64,000 nt of DNA from Pseudomonadota bacterium (GCA_018823285.1 JAHJIQ010000013.1:89593-153592), one strand, 5' to 3'. Numbered from the stretch's first letter, positions 16,589-26,978 are shown. A program made the numbers and translations. The notes: generated by a model not told the origin, from the letters alone.

Positions 16589-18703
16589 GTGCGTCCGGTG
16601 AAGTTGATGGAGAGTCATACCGCTTCGTGTTCAGCAAAAATCATCGGGAATATTGCGTCCTTTTACAGCTCGGTCCGCTCCCGAAAGATTCCCTCATCTT
16701 TTGCCGACGCACGGAAAACCTGCGGCATTATCCAGGGTCTTGCCTCCCTGAAAGAGTCATTAGCGGCGGTAGCGAAATCGCATGAACCCAGCTTCCTGAA
16801 ACTGGGGCAAAACCTCCAGACCATCTACATGAACGCCAACACCCTTGCCGGAAGCACCATCGAGTCGGTCAAGGAAATTTCCGGCGACAACCGGCAAAGC
16901 GCCCTGGCCGGGCTGCGGGACAAAATCCGGATATCCCTGGCCCGAATGGCAGGCGATCAGGCCGCGATCGACAACAACCTGCAGGACCTCGAAACGCAGG
17001 GGCAACATCTCTCAACCCTGACGAACACCAGCCGGGACCTTTACAAAATTGCTTTGTACCTGAAGGTCGCCGGGATCAACATCGGCATTGAAGCAACCCG
17101 CTCCGAAGAGTCGCGGGCCATGTTTTCCCTGACCGCGGAAGAAGTCAGTCAACTCGGGGGCAGGATCATCTCCTTCGCTGAAAATATTGAAGAGGACGCC
17201 TCCCTGGCCCGCAATGTGCAATTGTCGGTTCGGGCGGATATCTCACGGAAACTCGGCAAGTTACGGGAATACGGCGCCGCAGCGGAAACGACCGTCGGGA
17301 ATGCCCTGGCGGTGATTGAGCAACTGCTCCTGAGTACCTCCACAGCCATGGACCAGGCGGCGCTCCACTCCAAATCCATCGCCGCCCATTGCGGCGAAAT
17401 CGTGGTCGGCATCCAGTTCCACGACAGCATGAGCCAACGTCTTGAACACGTCATCGAAACATTTGCTGAAGCAATCACTCTGCTTGCCGATTCCCCTGGT
17501 GAAGACCCTTCGCAGGATCCCCCCCTTCCGCTTGCGGAAAGAATGGCGGCCGCCTACCCCCTCTGCCGGCTCCAGGCCAATCAGATTCAACAGGTGGTTA
17601 CGGAAATCGAATCCCTCCATCAGCAGATATCCCGTTCCTTTGACCTGATCGACCAGATCATCGGGCAGATGGCCGCAGTCCTTTCCGGCCTGTCCGGGGA
17701 CGACCGGGAAGAGCTGTCCGCCCGGCACCCGGGTGACTCATTCGAAAACCTGAAAACCTCCCTCGATGATCTGGTTCTCCTGATGAAACAGGGGGATGAT
17801 CTGATGGAGGATGTCCGCCGGGAGGTCCACGATGCCGCCGAGACCTCCAACCGGCTCCTCTCATTTATGAACAAAGTCAACGCCACGGCGTTTGAAATCA
17901 AGATCCAGGCCCTGAACTCGATCATCAAGGCCGCCCATCTGGGGAACAAAGGGCTGACCCTTGTCGTCCTGGCCCACGAAATTAACACCCTATCCGATAC
18001 CGCAGACACCATTGTTGCAGGGGCGGCGGAAGCGTACCGTCTATTGTCGGACCAGGCGAATAAAAACCTGGTGAACCAGGGAGACGCAGGCCGTGACGAC
18101 ACCTCCCTCAGCACCGCCATCGCAGACATCGAATCCGTCTACGGCCGGTTTAAAACCACCTCGCAATCCGTGGCAGACAAAGCCGAAGCGCTGAGAACCC
18201 TGACCAGGGAAACCAGAACCTCCCTGGATTTCCTGCCGGGCATGGCCGCCCACCTGAATGACTGCCACCGGAAAATGGAAAGCCTCCTCTCCGAGCTGGA
18301 GGAAGAGTGCGGACCTGTCGGCCATGAAACGATCGACGCCGCCATCCGCAATGTTGAGGGCCGCTACACCATGGACCAGGAACGGGTGGTCCATCTGCAG
18401 CTTACGACAGGAATCCCGTCAGAACAATCGCCCATTCAGGCAGATGTCTCCGCCGAACCGGATTCATCGATTGAACTCTTCTCATCCCAGGCGGAAGAGG
18501 ATTCCTCAATCGAACTTTTCGGGACCGACCCCGAAGCAGATTCTTCGGTAGAACTATTCGACGCTCCGCCTGCAGCGGAAAAATGGGAGGAACCACCCAT
18601 CCCCTCGCAGGAAAGCATTGAGCAAAATCGGCCGGCAACGGAATTTTCACAACCGGCCGAAAAGAAGACCGAAGACCTGGGCGATAATGTCGAGCTTTTC
18701 TGA
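16589..18703 (+). CDS. soluble divergent MCP-like chemosensory protein with acidic repeat tail
   Basis: 704-aa ORF with no TM segment. Two segments resemble the MCP hairpin tip (IEATRSEESRAMFSLTAEEVSQL; ALNSIIKAAHLGNKGLTLVVLAHEINTLS). QFHDSMSQRLEHV motif. C-terminal repeats DSS(I/V)ELF x3 plus a terminal DNVELF. It is the first gene of the che operon. The exact start (GTG 16589/16598 or ATG 16607) is uncertain. Confidence 0.75.
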   Translation: MRPVKLMESHTASCSAKIIGNIASFYSSVRSRKIPSSFADARKTCGIIQGLASLKESLAAVAKSHEPSFLKLGQNLQTIYMNANTLAGSTIESVKEISGDNRQSALAGLRDKIRISLARMAGDQAAIDNNLQDLETQGQHLSTLTNTSRDLYKIALYLKVAGINIGIEATRSEESRAMFSLTAEEVSQLGGRIISFAENIEEDASLARNVQLSVRADISRKLGKLREYGAAAETTVGNALAVIEQLLLSTSTAMDQAALHSKSIAAHCGEIVVGIQFHDSMSQRLEHVIETFAEAITLLADSPGEDPSQDPPLPLAERMAAAYPLCRLQANQIQQVVTEIESLHQQISRSFDLIDQIIGQMAAVLSGLSGDDREELSARHPGDSFENLKTSLDDLVLLMKQGDDLMEDVRREVHDAAETSNRLLSFMNKVNATAFEIKIQALNSIIKAAHLGNKGLTLVVLAHEINTLSDTADTIVAGAAEAYRLLSDQANKNLVNQGDAGRDDTSLSTAIADIESVYGRFKTTSQSVADKAEALRTLTRETRTSLDFLPGMAAHLNDCHRKMESLLSELEEECGPVGHETIDAAIRNVEGRYTMDQERVVHLQLTTGIPSEQSPIQADVSAEPDSSIELFSSQAEEDSSIELFGTDPEADSSVELFDAPPAAEKWEEPPIPSQESIEQNRPATEFSQPAEKKTEDLGDNVELF

Positions 18704-18745
18704 CCGCAATATTCCGCTCGCAACGGGCATCCATGGGAGGACAAG

Positions 18746-19093
18746 ATGAAATTGACCATCGAACCGGACGGCAGGCGGGGGACTTTAGTTCTGCGCGGAG
18801 CCCAGACAATCGGGCAGGCGCACGCTTTAAAAGAGAGCCTCCTCGACGCCTTCCAGAAGGTGGAAGAGCTTGAAATCGACATGGACGCCATTACTGAAGC
18901 AGACCTCTCCCTCCTGCAGCTTCTCTGCGCCGCGCACCGGACCTCCCAGGAACTCCGGAAAAAGCTTTTCATAAAAAGGCGCTGGCCGGAAGTCCTGGAA
19001 AAAACGGCCGGATCCGCCGGCTTTTTTCAGCACCGGCGCTGCCAGTTCAATCTGGAAAACGATTGCCTCTGGCGGAAGGAGGGAGGCGAATGA
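18746..19093 (+). CDS. STAS-domain protein (anti-sigma-factor-antagonist-like)
   Basis: 115 aa. LVLRGAQTIGQAHALKESLLDAF....ELEIDMDAITEADLSLLQLLCAA fits the STAS/SpoIIAA fold pattern. GGAGGA RBS. Its stop overlaps the cheY start (ATGA). Confidence 0.75.
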   Translation: MKLTIEPDGRRGTLVLRGAQTIGQAHALKESLLDAFQKVEELEIDMDAITEADLSLLQLLCAAHRTSQELRKKLFIKRRWPEVLEKTAGSAGFFQHRRCQFNLENDCLWRKEGGE

Positions 19094-19458
19094 GCAAAAC
19101 CATCATGACCGTCGATGATTCGGCAAGTGTCCGGCAAATGGTCAACTTTACCCTGAGCGGGGCCGGATACGGCGTTATCGAGGCGGAACACGGCAAGGAC
19201 GCCCTCGCCAAGCTGAAAGCGGCCACGGTCAATATGATCATCACCGACCTGAACATGCCGGAAATGGACGGTATTGAACTGGTCCGCGCCGTCAGAAACG
19301 ATCCCGCCCTGAAATTCATGCCCATCGTGCTCCTGACCACAGAATCCCAGGACACCAAGAAGCAGGAAGGCAAGCAGGCCGGCGCGACCGGCTGGATCGT
19401 CAAGCCGTTCAAACCCGAGCAACTCCTCGGGGTTGTCAAAAAAATTATCGGCAGCTGA
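19090..19458 (+). CDS. cheY: chemotaxis response regulator CheY
   Basis: MSKTIMTVDDSASVRQMV...MIITDLNMPEMDGIELV...TTES...GWIVKPF is the single-domain REC with a CheY-like signature. Confidence 0.9.
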   Translation: MSKTIMTVDDSASVRQMVNFTLSGAGYGVIEAEHGKDALAKLKAATVNMIITDLNMPEMDGIELVRAVRNDPALKFMPIVLLTTESQDTKKQEGKQAGATGWIVKPFKPEQLLGVVKKIIGS

Positions 19459-19485
19459 TATTCCTAATCTTAAGAAAGAGTCGCT

Positions 19486-21615
19486 ATGGATCCACATCAA
19501 ACCGCATACCTGGAAGAAGCCAAAGAACTTCTTGTTGAACTGGAAACCTCGTTGCTGGAGCTCGAGGACACCCCCGATGATCAGGAGCTGATCGGGAGGG
19601 TCTTCCGGGCGCTGCACACCATTAAAGGGTCCGGCGCGATGTTCGGCTTCGACCGGATCGCCGAGTTCACCCATCAGGTGGAAACCGCCTTCGACCTGGT
19701 CCGGTCCGGGAAAATCCCGGTCACCTCCGAGATGATCAACCTCACTTTACGGGCCCGGGACGAGATCAAGGCCATGCTTGAAGAGGCGGAAACCGGCGAG
19801 ACAACGGACCCCGGTTCCGCCGAGGAGATCATCAATGCCTTCATCGCCCTGACCACCGGCGCAGCACCTCCCGCACCGGAGCCCCCGCCCCAGCTTCCTC
19901 CGGCCGAAAACGTCCGGCCCGGGATCATTGCTCCGGATCGGCCGGAGATCAAAGGAAGATTGACCACCTTCAGGATTCTGTTCAAGCCCCGGCGGGAAAT
20001 TCTCCAGACCGGCACCAATCCCATCCTCCTGCTCGATGAGCTGAATGCCCTCGGCGAATGCACGATCATCGTCAATAATGAAAAGATCCCCTCACTCCAC
20101 ACCATCGATACCGAGCAGTGCTATGTGAGCTGGGAAATCCTGCTGACCACCGACCAGGGAATCAACAGCGTCAGGGATGTCTTCATCTTTGTCGAAGACC
20201 TGAGCGAAATCGTGATCGAGGTGCTCGAGGAAGATCTCGATTCCCTGGATGACAGCCAGCAGAAGAGACTCGGCGAAATCCTGATTGAACGCCGTGAAAT
20301 TTCAGCTGAAGCGCTGACCGCCTGCCTCGACAAGCAAAAAAGGATCGGCGAGGTCCTGATCGGCGAGAAACTGATCAGCAACCAGGCCGTTGCCAATGCC
20401 CTGGCCCAGCAGCAGCATTCTTCCAGAGTGCTGAAAAAACAGAAAGAGCTTGCCGAAACTTCAACGATCCGGGTGGAGGCCAATCGTCTGGACAAGCTGG
20501 TCAATCTGGTCGGGGAACTGGTCACCCTGCAGGCCCGCCTGGGCCAGAAGGCCTTCCGGGAAAATGATCCCGACCTCATCTCAATCTCCGAGGAGGCCGA
20601 CCGCCTGACTTCGGCATTACGGAACAATGCGATGAGTATCCGGATGCTGCCCATCGGCAAGACCTTCAGCAAGTTCCGCCGGCTGGTCCGGGACCTCTCG
20701 AAAAACCTCGGCAAGGAGATCATCCTTACCACCGAGGGCGAGGAGACCGAACTGGACAAAACCGTCATCGACAAATTGAATGACCCCCTGGTCCATCTGA
20801 TCCGGAACTGTATCGATCACGGCATCGAACTGCCGGAGGAAAGGATGCATGCGGGCAAAGCAGGCCAGGGGACCATCCATTTAAAGGCTTTCCATTCCGG
20901 GGCCAATGTCTTTCTGCAGATCACCGATGACGGCAAAGGCCTCGACTGCAAGGCGATTCATGCCAAGGGGGTCGAAAAGGGCATCATCCAGGCGGATACC
21001 GTCCTGGCCGAGAAAGAACTCTTCGCCCTCATCTTCGCGCCTGGATTTTCCACCGCCAAAACCGTCTCGGATGTCTCCGGCCGCGGCGTCGGCATGGATG
21101 TGGTGAAAAAGAACATTGACGCCCTCCGCGGCACTATCGAAATCGAAAGCCGGCAGGGCTCCGGGACCACGGTCACCCTCAAACTGCCCCTGACCCTCGC
21201 GATCATCGACGGGCTTCTGGTGCAGATCGGGAAGGGCTTTTTCGTCATCCCGCTCTCCGCAGTCGAGGAATGCCTGGAGGTCACAAGAACGGAGGCAAAC
21301 CAGGCCCTGGAAAGGAGCATGCTCTCCTCCCGGGGGGAAATCCTCTCCTATATCAGCCTGCGCCGGCTGTTTTCCTGTCACGACACCCCTCCGCCCCTGG
21401 AAAAGATCGTGGTGATCGAGGAAAACGGCCACCGGATCGGCCTCGGCCTCGACAGCGTCATCGGCCAGCACCAGACCGTGATCAAGGGGTTGAGCAAGGT
21501 GTATCAGAATGTGAAGGGCCTTTCGGGGGCAACCATCCTCGGCGACGGCACCATGGCCCTGATCCTCGATATCCCGCAACTGGCCCAATGCGTGAAATCA
21601 GAACCGCCATTGTGA
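19486..21615 (+). CDS. cheA: chemotaxis histidine kinase CheA
   Basis: Hpt domain (FRALHTIKGSGAMFGF). Dimerisation/HATPase blocks (HLIRNCIDHGIE; DDGKGLD; GRGVGMDVV; GSGTTVTLKLPLTLAI). C-terminal CheW-like domain. It also contains tandem T2SSE_N/MshEN-like motifs at 20266..20412. Confidence 0.95.
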   Translation: MDPHQTAYLEEAKELLVELETSLLELEDTPDDQELIGRVFRALHTIKGSGAMFGFDRIAEFTHQVETAFDLVRSGKIPVTSEMINLTLRARDEIKAMLEEAETGETTDPGSAEEIINAFIALTTGAAPPAPEPPPQLPPAENVRPGIIAPDRPEIKGRLTTFRILFKPRREILQTGTNPILLLDELNALGECTIIVNNEKIPSLHTIDTEQCYVSWEILLTTDQGINSVRDVFIFVEDLSEIVIEVLEEDLDSLDDSQQKRLGEILIERREISAEALTACLDKQKRIGEVLIGEKLISNQAVANALAQQQHSSRVLKKQKELAETSTIRVEANRLDKLVNLVGELVTLQARLGQKAFRENDPDLISISEEADRLTSALRNNAMSIRMLPIGKTFSKFRRLVRDLSKNLGKEIILTTEGEETELDKTVIDKLNDPLVHLIRNCIDHGIELPEERMHAGKAGQGTIHLKAFHSGANVFLQITDDGKGLDCKAIHAKGVEKGIIQADTVLAEKELFALIFAPGFSTAKTVSDVSGRGVGMDVVKKNIDALRGTIEIESRQGSGTTVTLKLPLTLAIIDGLLVQIGKGFFVIPLSAVEECLEVTRTEANQALERSMLSSRGEILSYISLRRLFSCHDTPPPLEKIVVIEENGHRIGLGLDSVIGQHQTVIKGLSKVYQNVKGLSGATILGDGTMALILDIPQLAQCVKSEPPL

Positions 21616-21690
21616 AATAAAGGAACAGAGAGAGAGTCCACCAACAATATTAATGACAACATCCAACAACCACATCCGGGAGTATTGAGC

Positions 21691-23763
21691 ATGAAGATCA
21701 ACGACATTAAAGTCAGCGTAAAACTCATCGGCGCCTTTCTCATTGTCGCACTCATCGTTGCCATCGTCGGGGTGACCGGCCTGATCACCTGCAACAATGT
21801 CGGCAAAGCGACCGACATCATCCTTGATGAACAGGTCCCCCTGGCGGATGCGACCATGGAGAGCTCCATCGCCCTGATCAGCACCCGGGACCTGATGGGG
21901 GAATTCCTCCTCAATGACAGCAAGGAGACTCTCGATCAGGCCGCCATGGAGTTTGAGAACAATATCAAAAAGCTGCAGGACCAGCTTGCCTTCCTGAAAA
22001 ACAACGGCAACGACGCAATCAAGGAGGCCGTCTCCCAGGCCGAATCGCAGGTGAATCAGTACATCACCGCCGGTCACTCCCTGATGGCCGAACACCGGGA
22101 GAAACTTGCGAAAACCATGGACCGCCAGGCGGCCATGGAGAAACTGGACGCGGAAATCGACTCGATCAAGGAATCCCTTGCAAAATACGAGGAAACCTTG
22201 ACCAGAAACAAGGCAATTGACGAAAAAGTCGATGCGGCCATGGAATCAAAAACCATTATTGTCGAACAGCAGGCCATTGTCGAAGAGTTCATGAGCATCA
22301 GGACCCTTGAAGAATCGTCAGCGCTGCAGCTGTCCTTCAAGGATATGGAAAAACAATTCGACAAGCTGGAGCATCTCCTGCCCAAAGAAACCACCAGGGA
22401 ACACGCCGCATTTTCAGAGAATGCCCACAAAATTTTCAAACTTGGCGCAGAAATCGTGCAGCTGAATACGAACACCAGAACCCAGATGGCCCAGGTAGAC
22501 GAGTTGAGCGGCAAGAGCATCGACCTTGCCGGCAAAATGGAGGAGATTGCCGGCAAAAACATGCAGCTGGCCATGGAATCCGCCGACAGTTCGCAGGGCA
22601 AAGGGCGCTGGATCATCGGGATCATGACCTTCTTGAGTTTTGCCATTGCCTTTCTCCTTGGTTTTTCCCTCTCCCGGCATATTTCCGTGCCCCTGCTGGA
22701 AGCGGTGGATGTCTCGGGGAAACTCAGCAGGGGAGACTTGAGCGTTGAGATTGAAATCAACAGAAAAGACGAAATCGGTCAACTGCTCACCGCCATGAAA
22801 AACATGGTCGCCAAGCTGCGGATGGTGGTCGGCGATGTCTTAAGCGCTTCGAGCAATGTCTCTTCCGGCAGCCAGCAGATGAGTTCGAGCGCCGAAGAGA
22901 TGTCCCAGGGCGCCACGGAACAGGCGGCCGCCGCCGAAGAGGCATCGTCCTCCATGGAAGAGATGGCCTCGAACATCAGCCAGAATGCCGACAACGCCCT
23001 CCAGACCGGCAAGATCGCCGGCAAATCAGCCGAAGACGCCCTCGAAGGCGGCAAAGCGGTGACCGAGACGGTAGCCGCCATGAAGCAGATTGCCGAAAAG
23101 ATCTCGATCATCGAGGAGATTGCCCGCCAGACCGACCTGCTGGCCCTGAACGCCGCCATCGAAGCCGCCCGGGCCGGCGAACACGGCAAGGGCTTTGCGG
23201 TTGTCGCCTCGGAGGTCAGGAAACTTGCGGAACGGAGCCAGACCGCGGCGGGCGAGATCAGCAAGCTCTCCTCCTCCAGCGTCGAAATCGCCGAACATGC
23301 CGGCACCCTGCTCACTTCCCTGGTGCCGAATATCCAGAAAACCTCCGAGCTGGTCCAGGAAATCAGCGCCGCCAGCAATGAGCAGAACACCGGGGCCGAC
23401 CAGATCAACAAGGCAATCCAGCAGCTCGACCAGGTCATCCAGCAGAACGCCGCCGTCGCCGAAGAGATGTCCTCCACTTCCGAGGAGCTGGCCAGCCAGG
23501 CGGAAATGCTGCTTGAGACCGTCGGCTTCTTTAAACTCGACGACCAGGGTTCCGGCCAGATCCGCGGCGAGAGAAGCTATCATCATCAGCATCACACCCC
23601 GCCGAAAAAGACGGCAAAAAGGCAACAGATCGCCCATGTCCCCCATAAAGAAAGCCATGAAGATCCGGCTCAGGGACAGAGTGGAGCAAAAGGTTTTGAA
23701 TTCAACCTCGGCCATGAAGGACCTGCCGGAGACCAGATGGACAATGATTTTGAAAAATATTGA
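21691..23763 (+). CDS. methyl-accepting chemotaxis protein (two TM segments, large helical periplasmic domain, HAMP)
   Basis: Canonical tip [39 protein letters not shown]1 ([21 protein letters not shown]), TM2 ([20 protein letters not shown]) and HAMP. Long unstructured tail ending DFEKY. ATG at 21691 preferred over the TTG at 21685. Confidence 0.95.
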   Translation: MKINDIKVSVKLIGAFLIVALIVAIVGVTGLITCNNVGKATDIILDEQVPLADATMESSIALISTRDLMGEFLLNDSKETLDQAAMEFENNIKKLQDQLAFLKNNGNDAIKEAVSQAESQVNQYITAGHSLMAEHREKLAKTMDRQAAMEKLDAEIDSIKESLAKYEETLTRNKAIDEKVDAAMESKTIIVEQQAIVEEFMSIRTLEESSALQLSFKDMEKQFDKLEHLLPKETTREHAAFSENAHKIFKLGAEIVQLNTNTRTQMAQVDELSGKSIDLAGKMEEIAGKNMQLAMESADSSQGKGRWIIGIMTFLSFAIAFLLGFSLSRHISVPLLEAVDVSGKLSRGDLSVEIEINRKDEIGQLLTAMKNMVAKLRMVVGDVLSASSNVSSGSQQMSSSAEEMSQGATEQAAAAEEASSSMEEMASNISQNADNALQTGKIAGKSAEDALEGGKAVTETVAAMKQIAEKISIIEEIARQTDLLALNAAIEAARAGEHGKGFAVVASEVRKLAERSQTAAGEISKLSSSSVEIAEHAGTLLTSLVPNIQKTSELVQEISAASNEQNTGADQINKAIQQLDQVIQQNAAVAEEMSSTSEELASQAEMLLETVGFFKLDDQGSGQIRGERSYHHQHHTPPKKTAKRQQIAHVPHKESHEDPAQGQSGAKGFEFNLGHEGPAGDQMDNDFEKY

Positions 23764-23848
23764 AACGGCGTTCACCGCGGATTCCGAAAATGTTCCGGGC
23801 CAACACGCCCGGAACCGCCATTCACATATTTTTTAGGAGAATGTCACC

Positions 23849-24355
23849 ATGAGTGAATCATCTTTGTATCTCACCTTCCGCCTGGAAGATGAACTTTTTG
23901 CCGTGGATGTTTCCCAGGTCCGCGAGGTGCTTGATGTTGCCGCCATCACCAAAATCCCCCGCGCCCTTGATTTTATGCGGGGCATCATCAATATCAGGGG
24001 CACCGTGGTGCCGGTCATCGATCTGCGGACCAAATTCGGCATGACCGAAACCAGACAGACCCTCGATTCGCGGATCGTGGTCATGGAAATCGATCTCGAC
24101 GGCGAGACAACCCTGATCGGGGCGATGGCGGACTCGGTCCATGAAGTCCTCGAACTGGACCGTGACCAGATTGAACCCCCGCCCAGACTCGGCTCGCGCT
24201 GGCGCATTGAATTCATCAAGGGTGTCGGGACCCGGGATGAGGAATTCATCCTGATCCTCGATATCGACCGGGTGTTCTCCGCCGAAGAACTGACCAGGAT
24301 TTCCGCCGTCGACACCAGCGCCCAGGCGGCGCCGGTGGACGATGAAAAAGAGTGA
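23849..24355 (+). CDS. cheW: chemotaxis coupling protein CheW
   Basis: 168 aa. YLTFRLEDELFAVDVSQVREVL......IP....F..G.INIRG.VVPVIDLR is the CheW pattern. Confidence 0.9.
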   Translation: MSESSLYLTFRLEDELFAVDVSQVREVLDVAAITKIPRALDFMRGIINIRGTVVPVIDLRTKFGMTETRQTLDSRIVVMEIDLDGETTLIGAMADSVHEVLELDRDQIEPPPRLGSRWRIEFIKGVGTRDEEFILILDIDRVFSAEELTRISAVDTSAQAAPVDDEKE

Positions 24356-24450
24356 TTGGGACGGGGGTGATCGGTTTGCCGGCGTCATCCAATCCATCCC
24401 CGGCGCTTTCCCAAAAAAGCGAATATGCCGCCGTATCCGCCCCGGAGGCC

Positions 24451-25281
24451 ATGAATGACCGCCTGTTTGCCCGCTTTCAGGCGGTCATCATGGACAAGCT
24501 GGGCATCAAGATCACCAGTGCCAAAAAAACCATGCTCCAGTCCCGCCTGTCGAAGCGGTTACGGTTACGGGGGCTTAAATCCTACGAGGAATATTTTGAT
24601 CTCCTCTTCAAGTCCCCGGCAGGCAGGGATGAAATCCAGGCATTCATAGACGTTATCACCACCAACAAGACCGATTTTTTCCGGGAGCCGCACCATTTCG
24701 ACTATCTCGCCCGCAATGCCTTTCCGCAGATCGTCGGCGGCGGGCGGAGTCTCGACCTGCACCGGGGGATCAATCTCTGGAGTGCCGGTTGTTCCTCGGG
24801 AGAAGAGCCATACACCATAGCCATGGTCGCCAACGAGTTTTTCCGCCTGCGCCAAAATCTCCGCTATACCATCTATGCCAGCGACATCTGCTCCACCGTT
24901 CTCCGGAAGGCCAGAACTGCGGTTTATCCACACCACACCGCAGCACCCATCCCGGTTGACCTGAAAAAAAAATACCTGCTGCGCAGCAAGGACCGCAACA
25001 ATGACCAGGTCAGAATCATTCCGGAACTCCGGGCGAAAATCCGGTTTCTGCAGCTCAACTTCATGGACGACGAGTACCGTCTGCCGACCAAGGTCCAGGT
25101 GATTTTCTGCCGCAATGTCATGATCTATTTCGATCAAGAGACCCAGAAAAAGGTCCTGGCCAGGATGTGCCGCGAGCTTCTGCCGGGCGGCTATCTTTTT
25201 GTCGGGCATTCCGAAACCCTTACCGGCCTCGGGCTGCCTCTGGTTTCCGTCGGCCCTACCATCTACAGGAAGATCACATGA
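24451..25281 (+). CDS. cheR: chemotaxis protein methyltransferase CheR
   Basis: TTNKTDFFREPHHF, NLWSAGCSSGEEPYTIAM, IFCRNVMIYFD. Start chosen at the ATG at 24451 (GGAGG upstream) within the 24352..25281 ORF. Confidence 0.9.
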   Translation: MNDRLFARFQAVIMDKLGIKITSAKKTMLQSRLSKRLRLRGLKSYEEYFDLLFKSPAGRDEIQAFIDVITTNKTDFFREPHHFDYLARNAFPQIVGGGRSLDLHRGINLWSAGCSSGEEPYTIAMVANEFFRLRQNLRYTIYASDICSTVLRKARTAVYPHHTAAPIPVDLKKKYLLRSKDRNNDQVRIIPELRAKIRFLQLNFMDDEYRLPTKVQVIFCRNVMIYFDQETQKKVLARMCRELLPGGYLFVGHSETLTGLGLPLVSVGPTIYRKIT

Positions 25282-25883
25282 GCCCGCGCAATTCTTGTGT
25301 GTCGCAGATCTATCTCAAACCGGCGATGATTTTCTTCGATGCCTCGCCGGCCTGCGTTTCCACGGTGCTCGGCTCCTGTGTGACCCTCACCATGCTCGTT
25401 CGCCGGCTCGAGCTGGCCTCGGTCTGCCACGCCCAGCTCCCTTACTGCAAAACGCCGGGGTCTTGCGCCACCACCTGCAGCGAAAAATATAAATTTGTCG
25501 ATTGTGCGATTACCCGCATGTTGGAAAGCTTTACCGGTTGCGGCGCCGCTCTTTCGGAAATAGAAATCAAGATCTTCGGCGGCGCCGACGGCATCAGGGG
25601 GGACACTCCCGGCGGGCAGTCGATCCGGATCGGCAAAATGAATATCGAAGCAGCCATCCGGACCCTGCGGCAACGGGAGCTGAAACCGGTCAGCGGAGAT
25701 GTCGGCGGGTCAAGAGGACGGAAGATTTACTTCCTCACTCCCACGGGTGACGTCTGGTCTAAAAAACTCTCGGCGGGGGAGCCCTGTCCCAGATACCCGG
25801 AAAATGTCGGCCATCAAAATATCACCCTGGGCGGATTCACCATCTGCCCGGCCACGCAGCAGCAGGATTTCAATTTTTTATAA
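25278..25883 (+). CDS. cheD: chemoreceptor glutamine deamidase CheD
   Basis: VSTVLGSCVTLTM....ASVCHAQLP, then EIKIFGGA and GGSRGRKIYF blocks. ATG at 25278 overlaps the cheR stop. At about 200 aa it is longer than typical CheD. Confidence 0.8.
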   Translation: MSPRNSCVSQIYLKPAMIFFDASPACVSTVLGSCVTLTMLVRRLELASVCHAQLPYCKTPGSCATTCSEKYKFVDCAITRMLESFTGCGAALSEIEIKIFGGADGIRGDTPGGQSIRIGKMNIEAAIRTLRQRELKPVSGDVGGSRGRKIYFLTPTGDVWSKKLSAGEPCPRYPENVGHQNITLGGFTICPATQQQDFNFL

Positions 25884-26978
<1,095 letters not shown>

